The position numbers and the translations under genes are program-made. DNA of 64,000 nucleotides from Squalus acanthias (Eukaryota), in NCBI GenBank assembly GCA_030390025.1, contig CM059431.1, positions 105,464,001 through 105,528,000 of the forward strand, read 5' to 3'. Within the stretch, counting starts at the first letter, position 1, and each line of letters starts with the position of its first letter. Below the pieces are notes generated by a model. The model had not been told where the DNA came from, made no database searches, and saw only the letters and a program-made list of their open reading frames with translations. This document shows, piece after piece, positions 47,995-59,699 of this stretch.

Positions 47995-48760
47995 CTATTA
48001 TGTCATGTGCTACTGAGCCACACAGACCAGTGAGCTTCCAGGTTGGATCACTTGTGTTGAGTTAAGTGATCTCACTTAAGTTAAGCGCCCATGTTAAAAA
48101 TTGCCTCAGTGTCCCAAGGGTAAGGAGGAGGATATCTAGGTGGAACTCCTGCTCCTGGATTGCGAACCAGTAACCCTGTCTGAAAAGTTACATGCATGGA
48201 CATTGGGTAGAATGGAAAAGGAGTCAGCTCATATCTAAAGACTTTTGTTTTTAAGTTATAGTGCTCAAATAAACGTTGTAGCTATTGTCTGAGAAATAAT
48301 TAAGTCTAGAAATCCAATTCGATAAATAGAATTCTGTAAATAAACTGGCAACTGAAGCATATGCTACTTGATGCCTTGGTTTCTTCTGCTTAATATAGTT
48401 TTGACCTTGGACACAGTGCAATAAACTTGTGTTCCAGCACTACCTTTTAGCAAACAGAAAATTGCACGTTAATTATTCGAATCCCTCTTTTTCAGCATTG
48501 TTTTTCATTAAATTATCTCCCACTTCACAATATTGATTTTAAAATGCAACCAATATATCACTCTTGTCGAGCCAGCACTTTCAGTGGCACATCCTTAGGT
48601 GTTGACATACAATCCATAGCGGAATACCCTGCCAACACTCGCTGTCTTGGCTCACACATAAGCAATGGCTCGACTAAGGTACCGGAGGGCTGCCAGTGTC
48701 CATGGAGCTGTCCCCCCGGCAAGGGTCAGCATCTTCAGGAGAGGAGGGCGGCAAACTGGA
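47995..48760 (+). mobile_element. LF-SINE-like relic in two pieces (~47995-48232 and ~48618-48760)
   Basis: tactgagccacacagaccag...gagttaagtgatctca...ttgcctcagtgtccc...gctcctg; then cctgccaacactcgctgtcttggctcacacat...aggtaccggagggc...ttcaggagaggaggg, matching the LF-SINE consensus as recalled. Confidence 0.75.
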
Positions 48761-49397
48761 ACTCTGCAATTGGAAAATTCTTGTGCCTTGCAGAAAGCAA
48801 AACGGTGCAGATGGGGGCCAATGCACTGAACTCACAATTTCAAGTGTGGATTCAAGTGTTGAATTAGATACTGAGTGCAAATAAGAAATTTTGAGAACTG
48901 CTCTCTGTCATGAAGAATGTGGTGCATTTACCTTTTATTGATAAGCCATACGCCTCAGTGGCAGATGTCAGTTGTTACACACTTCAATTCACCAAGCTCA
49001 GTTCGACCTCTTGATAACAGCATCACACACAGGTCTGGATATTTTTAGTCAATCTCCCAACCAGTCAAGCCATTAACGGCTTTTGCTCGATATTACCTTA
49101 TACTATCTGGAAGAGGATATAATTGCTGTGAGAACTCTCAATACCAGATTACAGGCGATCCAGTCACGCACCAGTGGAGAAACATGGAATGCAAGCTGAT
49201 AACTGGAGAATGTACTACCCAAGTATTTTCTAACTAAATAGTGTTTCTGGTATGCTTGGCCACAAAAAGAGAGCTGATCAGGAAAGGCACTGAAAATAAG
49301 TTGGCATAGTAAGTAATAATCAGTTTGTAATACATTTATATCAATAAAGGCTTCAATATTCTGATGGACAACTGATCAAGTTAAATCTATGTACCCA

Positions 49398-49732
49398 ACA
49401 TAAGAAATAGAAGCAGGAGTCGGCCATACGTCCCCTCAAGCCTGCTCCGCCATTCAATAAGATCATGGCTGAACTTTTACCACAACTCCACTTTCCCGCC
49501 CTATCCCCATATCCCTCGATTCTCTGAGTATCCAAAAATCTATCAATCTCCATCTTGAATATACTCAACGATTGAGCAGCCACAGCCCTCTGGGGTAGAG
49601 AATTCCAAAGATTCACAACCCTTTGAGTGAAAAAATTTCTCCTCATCTCAGTCCTAAATGGCCGACCCCTTATTCTGAGACTGTGACCCCCTGGTTCTCG
49701 ACTCCCCAGCCAGGGGAAACAGCCTCCCAGCA
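49398..49732 (-). mobile_element. CR1 3' fragment
   Basis: GHSLRIRGRPFRTEMRRNFFTQRVVNLWNSLP. Confidence 0.93.
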
Positions 49733-50949
49733 TTTGAATCAATGGAAAATGAACAGATCTGGTCTAATCTGATCTTAAGGATATTAATATTTCATATATT
49801 TTCATTGCATTGTGCTGTTTTGTTTTAACCTAAGGGGGAAAAGACTAGAAAATGCAAAATTAAATGAAATAAATCTCATGCTCTTCACACTTGTCTTGTG
49901 CTTGTGTGTTAAACTATCTTGTTCTGCTGACAGACAATGTTGGTGTTTAATTAAAAGTTGCCCCTTTTGAATAAGCAGGTCCAGATATCTAAAATCCACG
50001 TGTCCTCCAAGTAAATAACATACTTAAAATAAACTGCATGTACACTTTGTTCCTTTTCTTTTGCTTAATAGAGTCGTGACCTTGGACACAGTGCAGCTCC
50101 GTTTACTTAAAAAGAAAGTTGCGGATTGGTTAGTCCAGTGCTTCGTTTTCAACATTCCCGCTCGTTAAATCATCTTCAGTCTCCGCATTGCTTTTAAAAT
50201 GTGATTAATGCCTCGCACTTGATGAGCTAGCACATCCAACAGCACATTCGCAAATGACAATCGCTGCAGCAGCCTCTTGACAAGCTGATGCTGCCCTTGC
50301 CAGTCACTGCAATCGCTGTCAGTATTAAGCCAGTGGTTGGGAATACAGCCGAGAGGGACACTTTCTCCATTCCCCCCTCCCCTCAGGAGCCAGCTCAAAC
50401 TGGCACCTTTCAATTCTGTCCTTTGCTGTCAGTTAACATAATGGCTGAATACATTTTTCTCCCCCACACAAAGTAATTGAGATATAGGTAACGATACCCG
50501 CACCAGGAGCACTTTTGTTCAAAGCTCAAATTAGTTTCGACTCTGAACACCCAATTAATAACGCCTTTCCACCTTTGAAGAAAACTAGTCGGGCTGCCAG
50601 TTTGATACAGTGGCGCTCACTGAGTTTTTACGCAAGCTTTGTCTTCACAAAAGGGAATAAAAAACTGGACAAACAGGCCTGCCAAGTGTCACTCATTAGG
50701 GGTGACAGTTACTCATTGTGGTAAAATGTGGCCAACTTTGCTGTGCGCCACTCTTAAAATAATAATTCAGCCTGATTGGTAAAAAGCTTGCCAGTTAATC
50801 AACTCATAACAAATCATATTTTCAAAACGGGTAACAGATCCAAAACCACTGTAAATTGCTCTCAAGCAATATGCTTTTAAGCAAAGTAGCCTGCAGGATG
50901 CAGTAGTTTGCGTTTTTACATGACTGTAAATAAACTTAATTAGGTAGCT

Positions 50950-51196
50950 AATACAAAAGCAAAAATACTGCGGATGCTGGAAATCTGAAATAAAAACAGA
51001 AAATGCTGGAAATACTCAGCAGGTCAGGCAGCATCTGTGGAGAGAGAAACAGAGTTAACGTTTCAGGTCAATGACCCTTCGTCAGAAGCCCAGTTCTGAC
51101 GAAGGGTCATCGACCTGAAACATTAACTCTGTTTCTCTCTCCACAGATGCTGCCTGACCTGCTGAGTATTTCCAGCATTTTCTGTTTTTATTTTTA
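50950..51196. mobile_element. Palindromic Penelope-derived mini-element with two opposed hammerheads
   Basis: Arms 50988-51087 and 51094-51193 (2 mismatches), 6-nt loop; TSD aatt(a/g)ggtagct. Confidence 0.92.
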
Positions 51197-51369
51197 AATT
51201 GGGTAGCTGACAGAAACTACATGAGGAACATCCGACACCCATAATTGTGTGTGATGTTGATCTGTGAGAGCAACTCAGCTTATTCTCATTTCTATTGCAA
51301 ATACTAGGAACCCATTTTGTATTGCATGTTTTATAAAGGGGCCATTAATGGACGACATGAGTCTTACTG

Positions 51370-51830
51370 TAGAATCATGGAAATTTACAGCACAGAAGGA
51401 GGCCATTCAGCCCATCATGTCTGTGCCGGCCAAAAAAGAGCTATCCAGCCTAATCTCACTTTCCAGCTCTTGGTCCATAGCCCTGTAGGTTACGGCACCT
51501 CAAGCGCATATCTAAGTACTTTTTAAATGCGATGAGGGTTTCTGCCTCTACCACCCTTTCAGGCAGTGAGTTCCAGACCCCCACCACCCTCTGGGTGAAA
51601 AAAGTTCTCCTCAACTCCCCTCTAATCCTTCTACCAATTACTTTAAATCTATGCCCCCTGGTTATTGTCCTCTCTGCTAAGGGAAATAGGTCCTTCCTAT
51701 CCACTCTATCTAGGCCCCTCATCATTTTATACACCTCAATCAAATCTCCCCTCAGCCTCCTCTGTTCCAAAGAAAACAACCCCAGCCCATCCAATCTTTC
51801 CTCAAAGCTAAAATTCTCCAGTCCTGGCAA
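51370..51830 (-). mobile_element. CR1 3' fragment
   Basis: PGLENFSFEERLDGLGLFSLEQRRLRGDLIEVYK. Confidence 0.93.
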
Positions 51831-52249
51831 AGTTATTGTAGATCAATGCTGCTGAAGTATGTAATCCCAATGTCAGTGATTATAAAGGAAGGAGTGAAGT
51901 TTCTTCATTTGTGGATTTGTCCAACAAGTATTTTTAAGTTCCTCAGATCCTGCAGAGGCTGAAAAGTCAATTGGGTCCCGCAAAGGCCATGAGAAGATTA
52001 AAATGCAGCAGAGTAGATGGATAATATTTGAAGTCAAGCAAGATGTCCCACTGATGTGGGGAAGTGTAGCGAATTCAATATTTTGTATTATTAAGCCAAG
52101 ACAAGTTGTCCTGATTGCACCAAGTAATTCCGATCATAGCTGTGGCTCTTCCTGTTCATTTGCTATGAAATAAAGCAGCTTAATGATTTGTATGTGGCCT
52201 CATCTCCTTATCTAGCCTTGATCCAGCTTCGTGGAGATTGAAGGAAGAT

Positions 52250-52951
52250 ATGTGCGAATTTCCGATCGGGGGCTTCCTGCGGGCGGATGCCTCCGATCAG
52301 AAAAAATTCTACGAACCTACCTGCTGGTCCTGTAGATACCAAGGCTTCCGCTCCTGGGCCTCTCCTCTACAAAATGCGGTGAGGCCCACGTATCCCAGGG
52401 GCGCATGCGGTTCGCAAGCGCCCCTGGGATCACGTGGGCCAGGCGAACCAATGGAAGAAGGGAATCCCCCTTCATACTTTTGACAGTTCCGTATGCACGG
52501 AACTGTCAAAAGTATGAATGGGGATGACTTAAAATGGCATTTAATTAAATATGCTGAACAAAAATTTAATTTTTTTTGTATATGTTTTAACGGGGCTTAA
52601 TATAACCTTACCTTATTGGGCAGGGTTTTTAATTTATAAGTGAGTGATAAAATCTTATTTTTCTATTTTTTTAAACTCTTATGCTGATAAAAGCAGGCCT
52701 TACTCCTGCTTTTACCAGGTGTAAGAATTCTACGGCCTTTCAGCGGGCGGAAGTTGGGCAAATAGCGCAACTCTCCTCCCGCAGAGGCCCTTTTCTTGGG
52801 CAGGCGGAGGATCTGTCAAGAGGATTCCTGACAGATCGCAAGTTCCGGGTTTCAGTGCATGTGCTTCGTATGCCTAAACCCAGAACTTGCGCGGCCCCTA
52901 TGGGCGCGTGCGCACATTGTACGCACCCGTGGGGGTCGGAAATTCAGGGCC
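52250..52951. mobile_element. Harbinger-type MITE
   Basis: Reverse-orientation homologue of 38627-39382; ends ggaaattcagggcc. Confidence 0.85.
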
Positions 52952-53224
52952 ATTAACATAAATTACATTAGAAATCACCATGAACTGCATATAAGAGTGC
53001 TGACCTCATCACAGACCTTCTAAAGCTATCAACCTAACTGACCCACACCCTCTGCATCTTTTCATTCTTGGCATTCATTTTTGAAGCGCCCCTCACTTTC
53101 TTCCTGGTGTTATTATCTCCCCCTTCATAGCCTTGATATCAACTTCCCACTCTTCATGTTCCACAAAACTAGCTCTCACTTGGGCAACAACAGACCAGCC
53201 ACCTTTGAATTATTGAAAGGTTGT

Positions 53225-53480
53225 GCAAGCAGCTCGGCACCATCCAGGACAAAGCAGCCCGCTTGATGGTGCCGAGCTTCTTGAGTGTTGTTGCAGCTGC
53301 ACTCATCCAGGCAAGTGGAGAGTATTCCATCACACTCCTTACTTGTGCCTTGTAGATGGTGGAAAGGCTTTGGGGAGTCAGGAGGTGAGACACTCGCCAC
53401 AGAATACCCAGCCATTATTTATGTGGCTGGTCCAGTTAAGTTTCTGGTCGATGGTGACCCCCAGGATTTCGATGGTGACC
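53225..53480 (-). mobile_element. RTE-X-like LINE fragment
   Basis: SHLLTPQSLSTIYKAQVRSVMEYSPLAWMSAA. Confidence 0.85.
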
Positions 53481-53919
53481 ACTGGTGGTGGCAAAAAGTT
53501 AATCCTGGATGAAAATAAATAACTGGAGAAGCAAACTGAATGGTAACCAAGGAAAATAAAATACATTTCCATTGGTAGGATGAGGGAAGTGGAGGCTAAC
53601 AGTGCGATGGATGGCTCAATGAGTCTTTCCACTGTGGAATTCTTTTGGTTTGGATTTACAATCCAGTAATTGTAGAGGTGTGGGATATATTGGCTATTCA
53701 TAAATCACTCGGAACAAACATAATCTATGAGAGATTTCTCAAAGGAGTGAGTGTACAAGTAGGGGGTGGTCCAAATAATTGGAAAGTATCCAATGTTACT
53801 GCAATCATTATAAAACTTCAAAAGCATGATCCAGCAATTCATAGGCCTATTACATATATAACAAGACAAAATAATGGAGTCTGTTTTAAACTGAGCAGTT
53901 CAGCAGCATCTAGTGAGAA

Positions 53920-54035
53920 TAATGTTTCGTACATTACAAGAGTGACTACACTTCAAAAAGTATTCATTCAGTGTAAAGCGCTTTTGGCCATCCTGAGGTC
54001 ATGAAAACTGTTTTATAAATGCAAATTCTCTCTTT
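53920..54035 (+). mobile_element. DeuSINE-like 3' tail fragment
   Basis: acattacaagagtgactacacttcaaaa...ataaatgcaa. Confidence 0.7.
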
Positions 54036-54063
54036 TCATTCTTTAAAAGCAGTCAATAAAGAA

Positions 54064-54231
54064 AAAAATGAGAAGTCGCACAACACCAGGTTATAGTCCA
54101 ACAGATTTATTTAAAATTACAAGCTTTCGGAGCTCCGAAAGCTTGTAATTTTAAATAAATCTGTTGGACTATAACCTGGTGTTGTGCGACTTCTCATTTT
54201 TGTCCACCCCAGTCCAACACCGGCATCTCCG
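54064..54231. mobile_element. Penelope family-2 mini-element containing a perfect 138-bp palindrome
   Basis: 54064-54201 is self-complementary about ggag|ctcc; TSD caataaagaaaa at 54054 and 54232. Confidence 0.93.
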
Positions 54232-54239
54232 CAATAAAG

Positions 54240-55238
54240 AAAATAACGTTTATATAGCGCCTTTCATGATCTCAGGACTCCCCAAAGCGCTTTACACCCA
54301 ATGAAGTACTTTTGAAGTGTAGTCACTGTTGTAATGTAGGGAAACGCAGCAGCCAATATGCGCACAGCAAGCTCCCACAAACAGCAATGTGATAATGATC
54401 CGATCATCTGTTTTAGTGATATTGGTTAAGGGATAAATATTGGCCCAGGACACCGGGGATAACTCCCCTGCTCTTCTTTGAAATATTGCCATGGGATCGT
54501 TTACTGAGAGGGCAGACGGGGCCTCGGTTTAACGACCCATCCAAAAGACGGTACCTCTGACAGTGCAGCACTCTCTCAGTACTGCCCCTCCGACAGTGCA
54601 GCACTCTCTCAGTATTGCACTGGAGTGTCAGCCTAGATTTTGTGCTCCAAGTCTCTGGAGTGCCATCTATAGTGAGGATTCCCCCGCCCCCGCCCCCACC
54701 CCGGAGCGGACTTTGGCTGGTTGGCCAGTTGAAACACGCTGGCCGGCGCCCGGGAGTCCTGGTGTGAGACCCGATCCATTTTGAGGGTCGGGCCTCATTA
54801 GCATCGGACGGCAGAGCTATGGCTCCGAGTCAGAAGTGGGGGGCGGGGTGGAGTGGCGATCTCAAGAGAGAGAATAAGTTGGCGCATCAGTGGCCTGGGC
54901 TACTTTTGTGAAGCCTGGTCGAGCAATCCTGCTCCTCCTAAAATAAAGTCGAGCTCACCTTTCGGCTCCTCTTTGGCCTCACCGCCAGCTGATACTGGAT
55001 GGCACTCGCTACGCCCAGTTCAATCCATTGGAGTCCTATTGATGTCATGGATGCCCTCTGCAGACGGCGCCTCAAATCGCCGGCTCAAAAGGAACCCAGT
55101 GAAATAGTGATGGTGGCAAGTGCTGACACTCCATTTCTTAGGGCACTAGATTTTGCACTCAAGTCTCTGGAGTGGGGCTTGATCCCACAACCTTCTGAAT
55201 CAGATGCGAGAGCGCTACCCACTGAGCCATGGCTGACA
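54240..55238 (-). mobile_element. DeuSINE-like SINE pieces (54240-54662, 55145-55238) separated by a GC-rich MITE-like fragment
   Basis: Tail and core at left, tRNA head at right. Confidence 0.8.
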
Positions 55239-55319
55239 CCGTTAGATCCTCACCAGAAGGAAGATCCAAAAGATCTTCTGATTGTCAGCTGGGAAAGTAC
55301 ATTATCAAGCGTGAAATAA

Positions 55320-55562
55320 GGCAGGTCCCAGGTTCGATCTTGTTTTGTGCTCAGTTGCTTGCTGCCAGTTGAGACTACATTTGGCATCAGCGACCCTAAG
55401 CTAGGAAAAGAATTAGCTGGATCTTGATCGCTATCTGATGACTTCTTGCTGCAGGTGCAGGTGTACAGATGTTGGGTGAGGACAGGTTGGGTTGGCTTTG
55501 ATGTCCCCAGGGTTGAACAGCTTTCTTATGATTACAATCTCAGGTGCGAAGAATGACCATAT
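55320..55562 (+). mobile_element. LF-SINE-like relic
   Basis: aggtcccaggttcgatc...tgatcgctatc...gggtgaggacagg...gatgtcccc...gaagaatgacca. Confidence 0.7.
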
Positions 55563-55654
55563 GATTGTAGACCGACTTTCTGGCTGGGGCGGACATCAAC
55601 TCTTACGAAAGGTAGATACTGCAGAGAATTCAGGGCCAAAAGTAATCTCCTGGA

Positions 55655-55880
55655 CTAATTTTGATCACCTAGATGAGTCGGAGAGGAATTTCCCAGATTT
55701 CTTTTCACCAAATTGGCCTGGGTTTTTATCTGGTTCTTCACCTCTCCCAGGAGATCCCATGGTTTCGGGTGGGGTGGGGAGTGTATATATTGTGATACAC
55801 AAGGTATCGCAATTGTGTGGGACAGGCTGGATGGGCCAGTGGGTCTTTACCTGTCCACCATTGTTCGTATGGTCGTAGGT
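55655..55880 (+). mobile_element. CR1-type 3' UTR fragment
   Basis: ggaatttccc...caaattggcctgggttttt...ggctggatgggcc...cctgtcc; second copy at 28590. Confidence 0.6.
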
Positions 55881-56764
55881 CCCCATGAGTACTTCTAGGC
55901 AGCAACTCCCTCACAAGCTCTAGTTCCCTGTGTCCACTGCCTCCTACCTGCCAACACAACCAATCCCCCCAGTCTGAATCCCTAGCACTTAATTTCTCTC
56001 AGTCACATGAGCCCACCAGCCTCTCTGTGCCTGATCCTTACACCCATTTCCAAACCAGTACATGTTGCCTATCATCTTCCTACAATCCCTGGGCTTTCAA
56101 AAAAAGGACCACCATTCTTGTAGTGCAATGAGGGGTAAAGGAACATCACAAAGGAGACAACGAGGAATGTATCTGAGGGGTATATGAACAGAGAATAAGA
56201 AATGGAGGGAAAAAAGACACAGAGACAGCCAAAGAATTAGAGAGTAGGAAAGAACAAGAGAGAGAATTGCAGGAAGAGAGACCATTTTGTTTTTGTTTTC
56301 TTTTCCATTTGCTTTGTTTTCCTTGTAGCAAAACAATGTATCTCCTGATTTTCTGTACGGAATGCCATGGGGGATTTACACTAGTTCTACTTTTGTTGGG
56401 CAGATTGTTAGTGGTGTCATCATAACATTGATCTTACAGCTAATAATTACTGACCAAGGTGTCTTGCTCCTTTAACCAACAAATATCAATAACCTGCTTG
56501 AAAATGTACTGAACGCCAGAGATGATAGTAAGAAGCACTTTGTTTTGTATCCACTCTCTCATGTTCTCTCTCTCTCTCTCTCTCTCTGCCTCTCTCGTAC
56601 TCTATTTCTGGATTCCCAGTGAACTATATCTCCACCAGCAAACAATAGATGTAAGACATCAGGTGCAATCAATAAACACACACATTCATGTCAAGATTTA
56701 TAGATGAAAGGTGACAAAAATGTACAGAGTAAGCACTGTCAAACATGTACTGTACAACAGTACA

Positions 56765-56823
56765 TCTGGAGCGCACTGCCTGAAAGGCTGGAGGAAGCAG
56801 ATTCAAAAGTAACTTCAAAGGGG

Positions 56824-56875
<52 letters not shown>

Positions 56876-56990
56876 TTGAAAAGGAAAAATTTGCACCACA
56901 ACGGGGAAAAAGCAGGGGAGCAGGACTAATTGGTAGCTCTTTGAGATCTGGCATAAGCATGATGGGCCGAAGGGCCTCCATCTGTGCTGT
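56765..56990 (+). mobile_element. CR1 3' end containing a (TA)n(CA)n microsatellite (~56830-56875)
   Basis: actgcctgaaagg...ggggaattga[microsatellite]cttgaaaagg...gatgggccgaagggcctcc. Confidence 0.8.
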
Positions 56991-57992
56991 TCGTCCAACA
57001 TCCAGTATTGGATGAACAGAAATTTCCTCCAACTAAATATTGGGAAGAATGCAGCCAATGTCTTCTGTCCCCACCACGAATTCCATTCTCTTGCCACCGA
57101 CTCCATCCCTCACCCTGTCCACTGTCTGAGGCTGAGCCAGACCGTGCGCAAACCTGGCGGCCTATTTGTCCCCGAGATGAGTTTCCGAACCCATATCCGC
57201 TCCATCACCAAGACCGCCTAATTCCACCTCAGTAACACTGACTGTCTCTGCCCCACCTCAACTCATCTGCTGCTGAAACGATCCTCCACGCCGTGGTTAC
57301 CTCCAGACTCGACTATTCCAATGCTCTCCTGGCCAGCCTCCCACCTTGCACCCTCCATGAACTTGAGGTCATCCAAAGCTCTGCTACCCATATGCTGACA
57401 CACACCAACTCCTGTTCACACATCACCTCTGACCTCTCTGACCCTACATTGGCTCCCGGTCCGGCAACGCCTCAATTTTAAAATTGTCATCCTTATTTTC
57501 AAATCCCTCCATGGCTTCACCTCTCCCTATCTCTGTGATCTCCTACAGCCCTCTGAGATCTCTGTGCTCTCCAATTCTGGCTTTTTCTGCATCCCCAATT
57601 TTCATCACTCCACCATTGGCAGCTATGCCTTCAGCTGCCCAGATCCTAAGCTCTGGAATTCCCTCTTTAAACCTCTCTACCTCTCTCTCCTCATTTACAA
57701 GATGCTCCTAGAGTGTCAGCTGTGGCTCAGTGGGTAGCATATTCGCTTCTGAGTCAGAAGGTTGTGGGTTCAAGTCCCAAATCTAGGCTGAGACGTTCGG
57801 TGGTCGTGAAAGGCGCTATATAAATGCAAGTCTTTCTTTCTTTCTCCTTAAAATCTACCTCTTTGACCAAGCCTTTGGTCACCTGTCCTAATATCTCCTT
57901 ATGTGGCTCGGTGTCAAATCTTGTTTGATTACGCTCCTGTGCAGTGCCTTGGGACATTTTACTACATTAAGAGTGCTATATTAATGCAAGCA
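56990..57992 (+). mobile_element. L2 LINE 3' ~0.9 kb, with a deleted SINE inserted
   Basis: WMNRNFLQLNIGK...VTSRLDYSNALLASLP...; L2 tail. Confidence 0.9.
57712..57845 (+). mobile_element. Internally deleted DeuSINE (head fused to tail)
   Basis: tRNA head ...atctaggctga joined directly to gacgttcggtggtcgtgaaaggcgctatataaatgc. Confidence 0.85.
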
Positions 57993-58851
57993 TAGCAAGT
58001 CACAACTCCAGAGCTGTTGGTCAAAGACGTAAGTTAATAAGCTTTGTTGTTCTTCCCAAGGGAAAGGGTAAAATAAAGTCAGATGAATTTGCCCTGCTGC
58101 CAACTAACTTATTTTGCTGTGATGTGTGAAAGGGTTTTAAACACAATTGGATGGTTACATTTCCTCAGTCTGTTAGCGTTCATAATATTATCAAATAAAA
58201 ATAGTTTTTCTTATTAAATCTCCTTCAAGATCAGTGTCTGCCTGCACATCACAGCTAAATGTTCCCTCTCACTCACTCTTTATCTCTTACGTCTTTATTG
58301 AAAGGAAAACCAAAAAAGCATGTGAGTTTGGAGTGGTTGGGGGTGTAGTTACGTGTCGGGATGGGATTTGGAGATGCCACAAAGACTCCTCAGGTGTGGT
58401 TGCATCAGAGGTAGAAAATTCCAGCCGCGAATTAATTTCTAGTGAGCATTTTCCACATCTGATACGCTCAAGAACAAAGCAACTCACCAGTTTCCAAGTA
58501 ATCTCAGTGGAGTTTAATTTGCTTTCAGCACACAGATTGGGCATTAAATAAGAATTACATTTTTTTTCTTCATGGTTTTTTGGAGTGGACTCTGAGGAAA
58601 ACCAATGTTCTTGATGGTCGGGCACATTGCATCCGAGCAGTCAATCGGAAAGCAACCTCCAATAACGGTGCCAAATCTCCCGTAAGGCACGCAAGGTGCG
58701 ATGAGGAATGTTCTGTGCGTCAATCGACCTGTGGACCATGGAAATTGGGGGCTCGTGGAGGGAGAATGGCAATCCCATGAGGACCATTTATAGGTGAGAG
58801 AACATTGTGGATGGAGTTGGGGAAATGCCATTCGTCGGAAAGTCAAACCAC

Positions 58852-59301
58852 TAGAAAGAAAAACTTGCATTTATATAGCGCCTTTCACGACCACCGGACG
58901 TCCCAAAGTGCTTTACAGCCGATGAAGTGCTTTTTGAAGTGTAGTCACTCTTGTAATGTAGGAAACGCGGCTGCCAATTTGCGCACAGCAAGCTCCCACA
59001 AACAGCAATGTGATAATGACCAGATAATCTATTTTTTAGGGATGTTGATTGAGGGATAAATATATAAATAACTCCCGCTTTTCTTCGAAATAGTGCCATG
59101 GGATCTTTTACATCCACCTGAGAGAGCAGACGGGTTAATGTCTCATCCGAAAGATGGCACCTCTGACAGTGCAGCACTCCCTCAGCACTGCACTGGAGTG
59201 ACAGCCTAGATTTTTGTGCTCAAGTCCCTGAAGTGGGACTGTGAACCCACAACCTTCCAACTCAGAGGCGGGGGTGCTACCCACTGAGCCACGGCTGACA
59301 C
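58852..59301 (-). mobile_element. DeuSINE/SacSINE1-like SINE
   Basis: Reverse complement of the family consensus seen in this window. Confidence 0.9.
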
Positions 59302-59699
59302 TACTGAAAAAAGGTGCAAAATATATAGGAGCCAATTCCATAGGAATAAAATAAAAAGTATTTTATCTTGCCGGCTTCACTAGAAAGGTATTTGACATTT
59401 TAATTTCCTGTGCCTGGCGATACGTACACTGGGGTCAATTCCGCCTGTAATCATAGAACAGTACAGCAGAGAAGGAGGCCATTCGGCCCATCGAGTCTGC
59501 GCCGGCTCTTTCGAAGAGCAATCCACTTAGTCCCACTCCCCCGCTCTTTCCCCATATCCCTGCAATTTTTTCTCCTTCCAGTATTTATCCAATTCCCTTT
59601 TGAAGGCTACTATTGAATCTACATCCACTGCCCTATCAGGCAGTGCATTCCAAATCCTAACCATTCATTCCTTAAAAAGGTTTTCCTCATGTCACCTCT

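Noticed and set aside
48674..48880. Minus-strand exon-like segment
   Set aside because: Largely explained as the antisense of the LF-SINE 3' half
58234..58870. Overlapping 105-112 aa ORFs on both strands
   Set aside because: No recognisable protein or consistent splice signals
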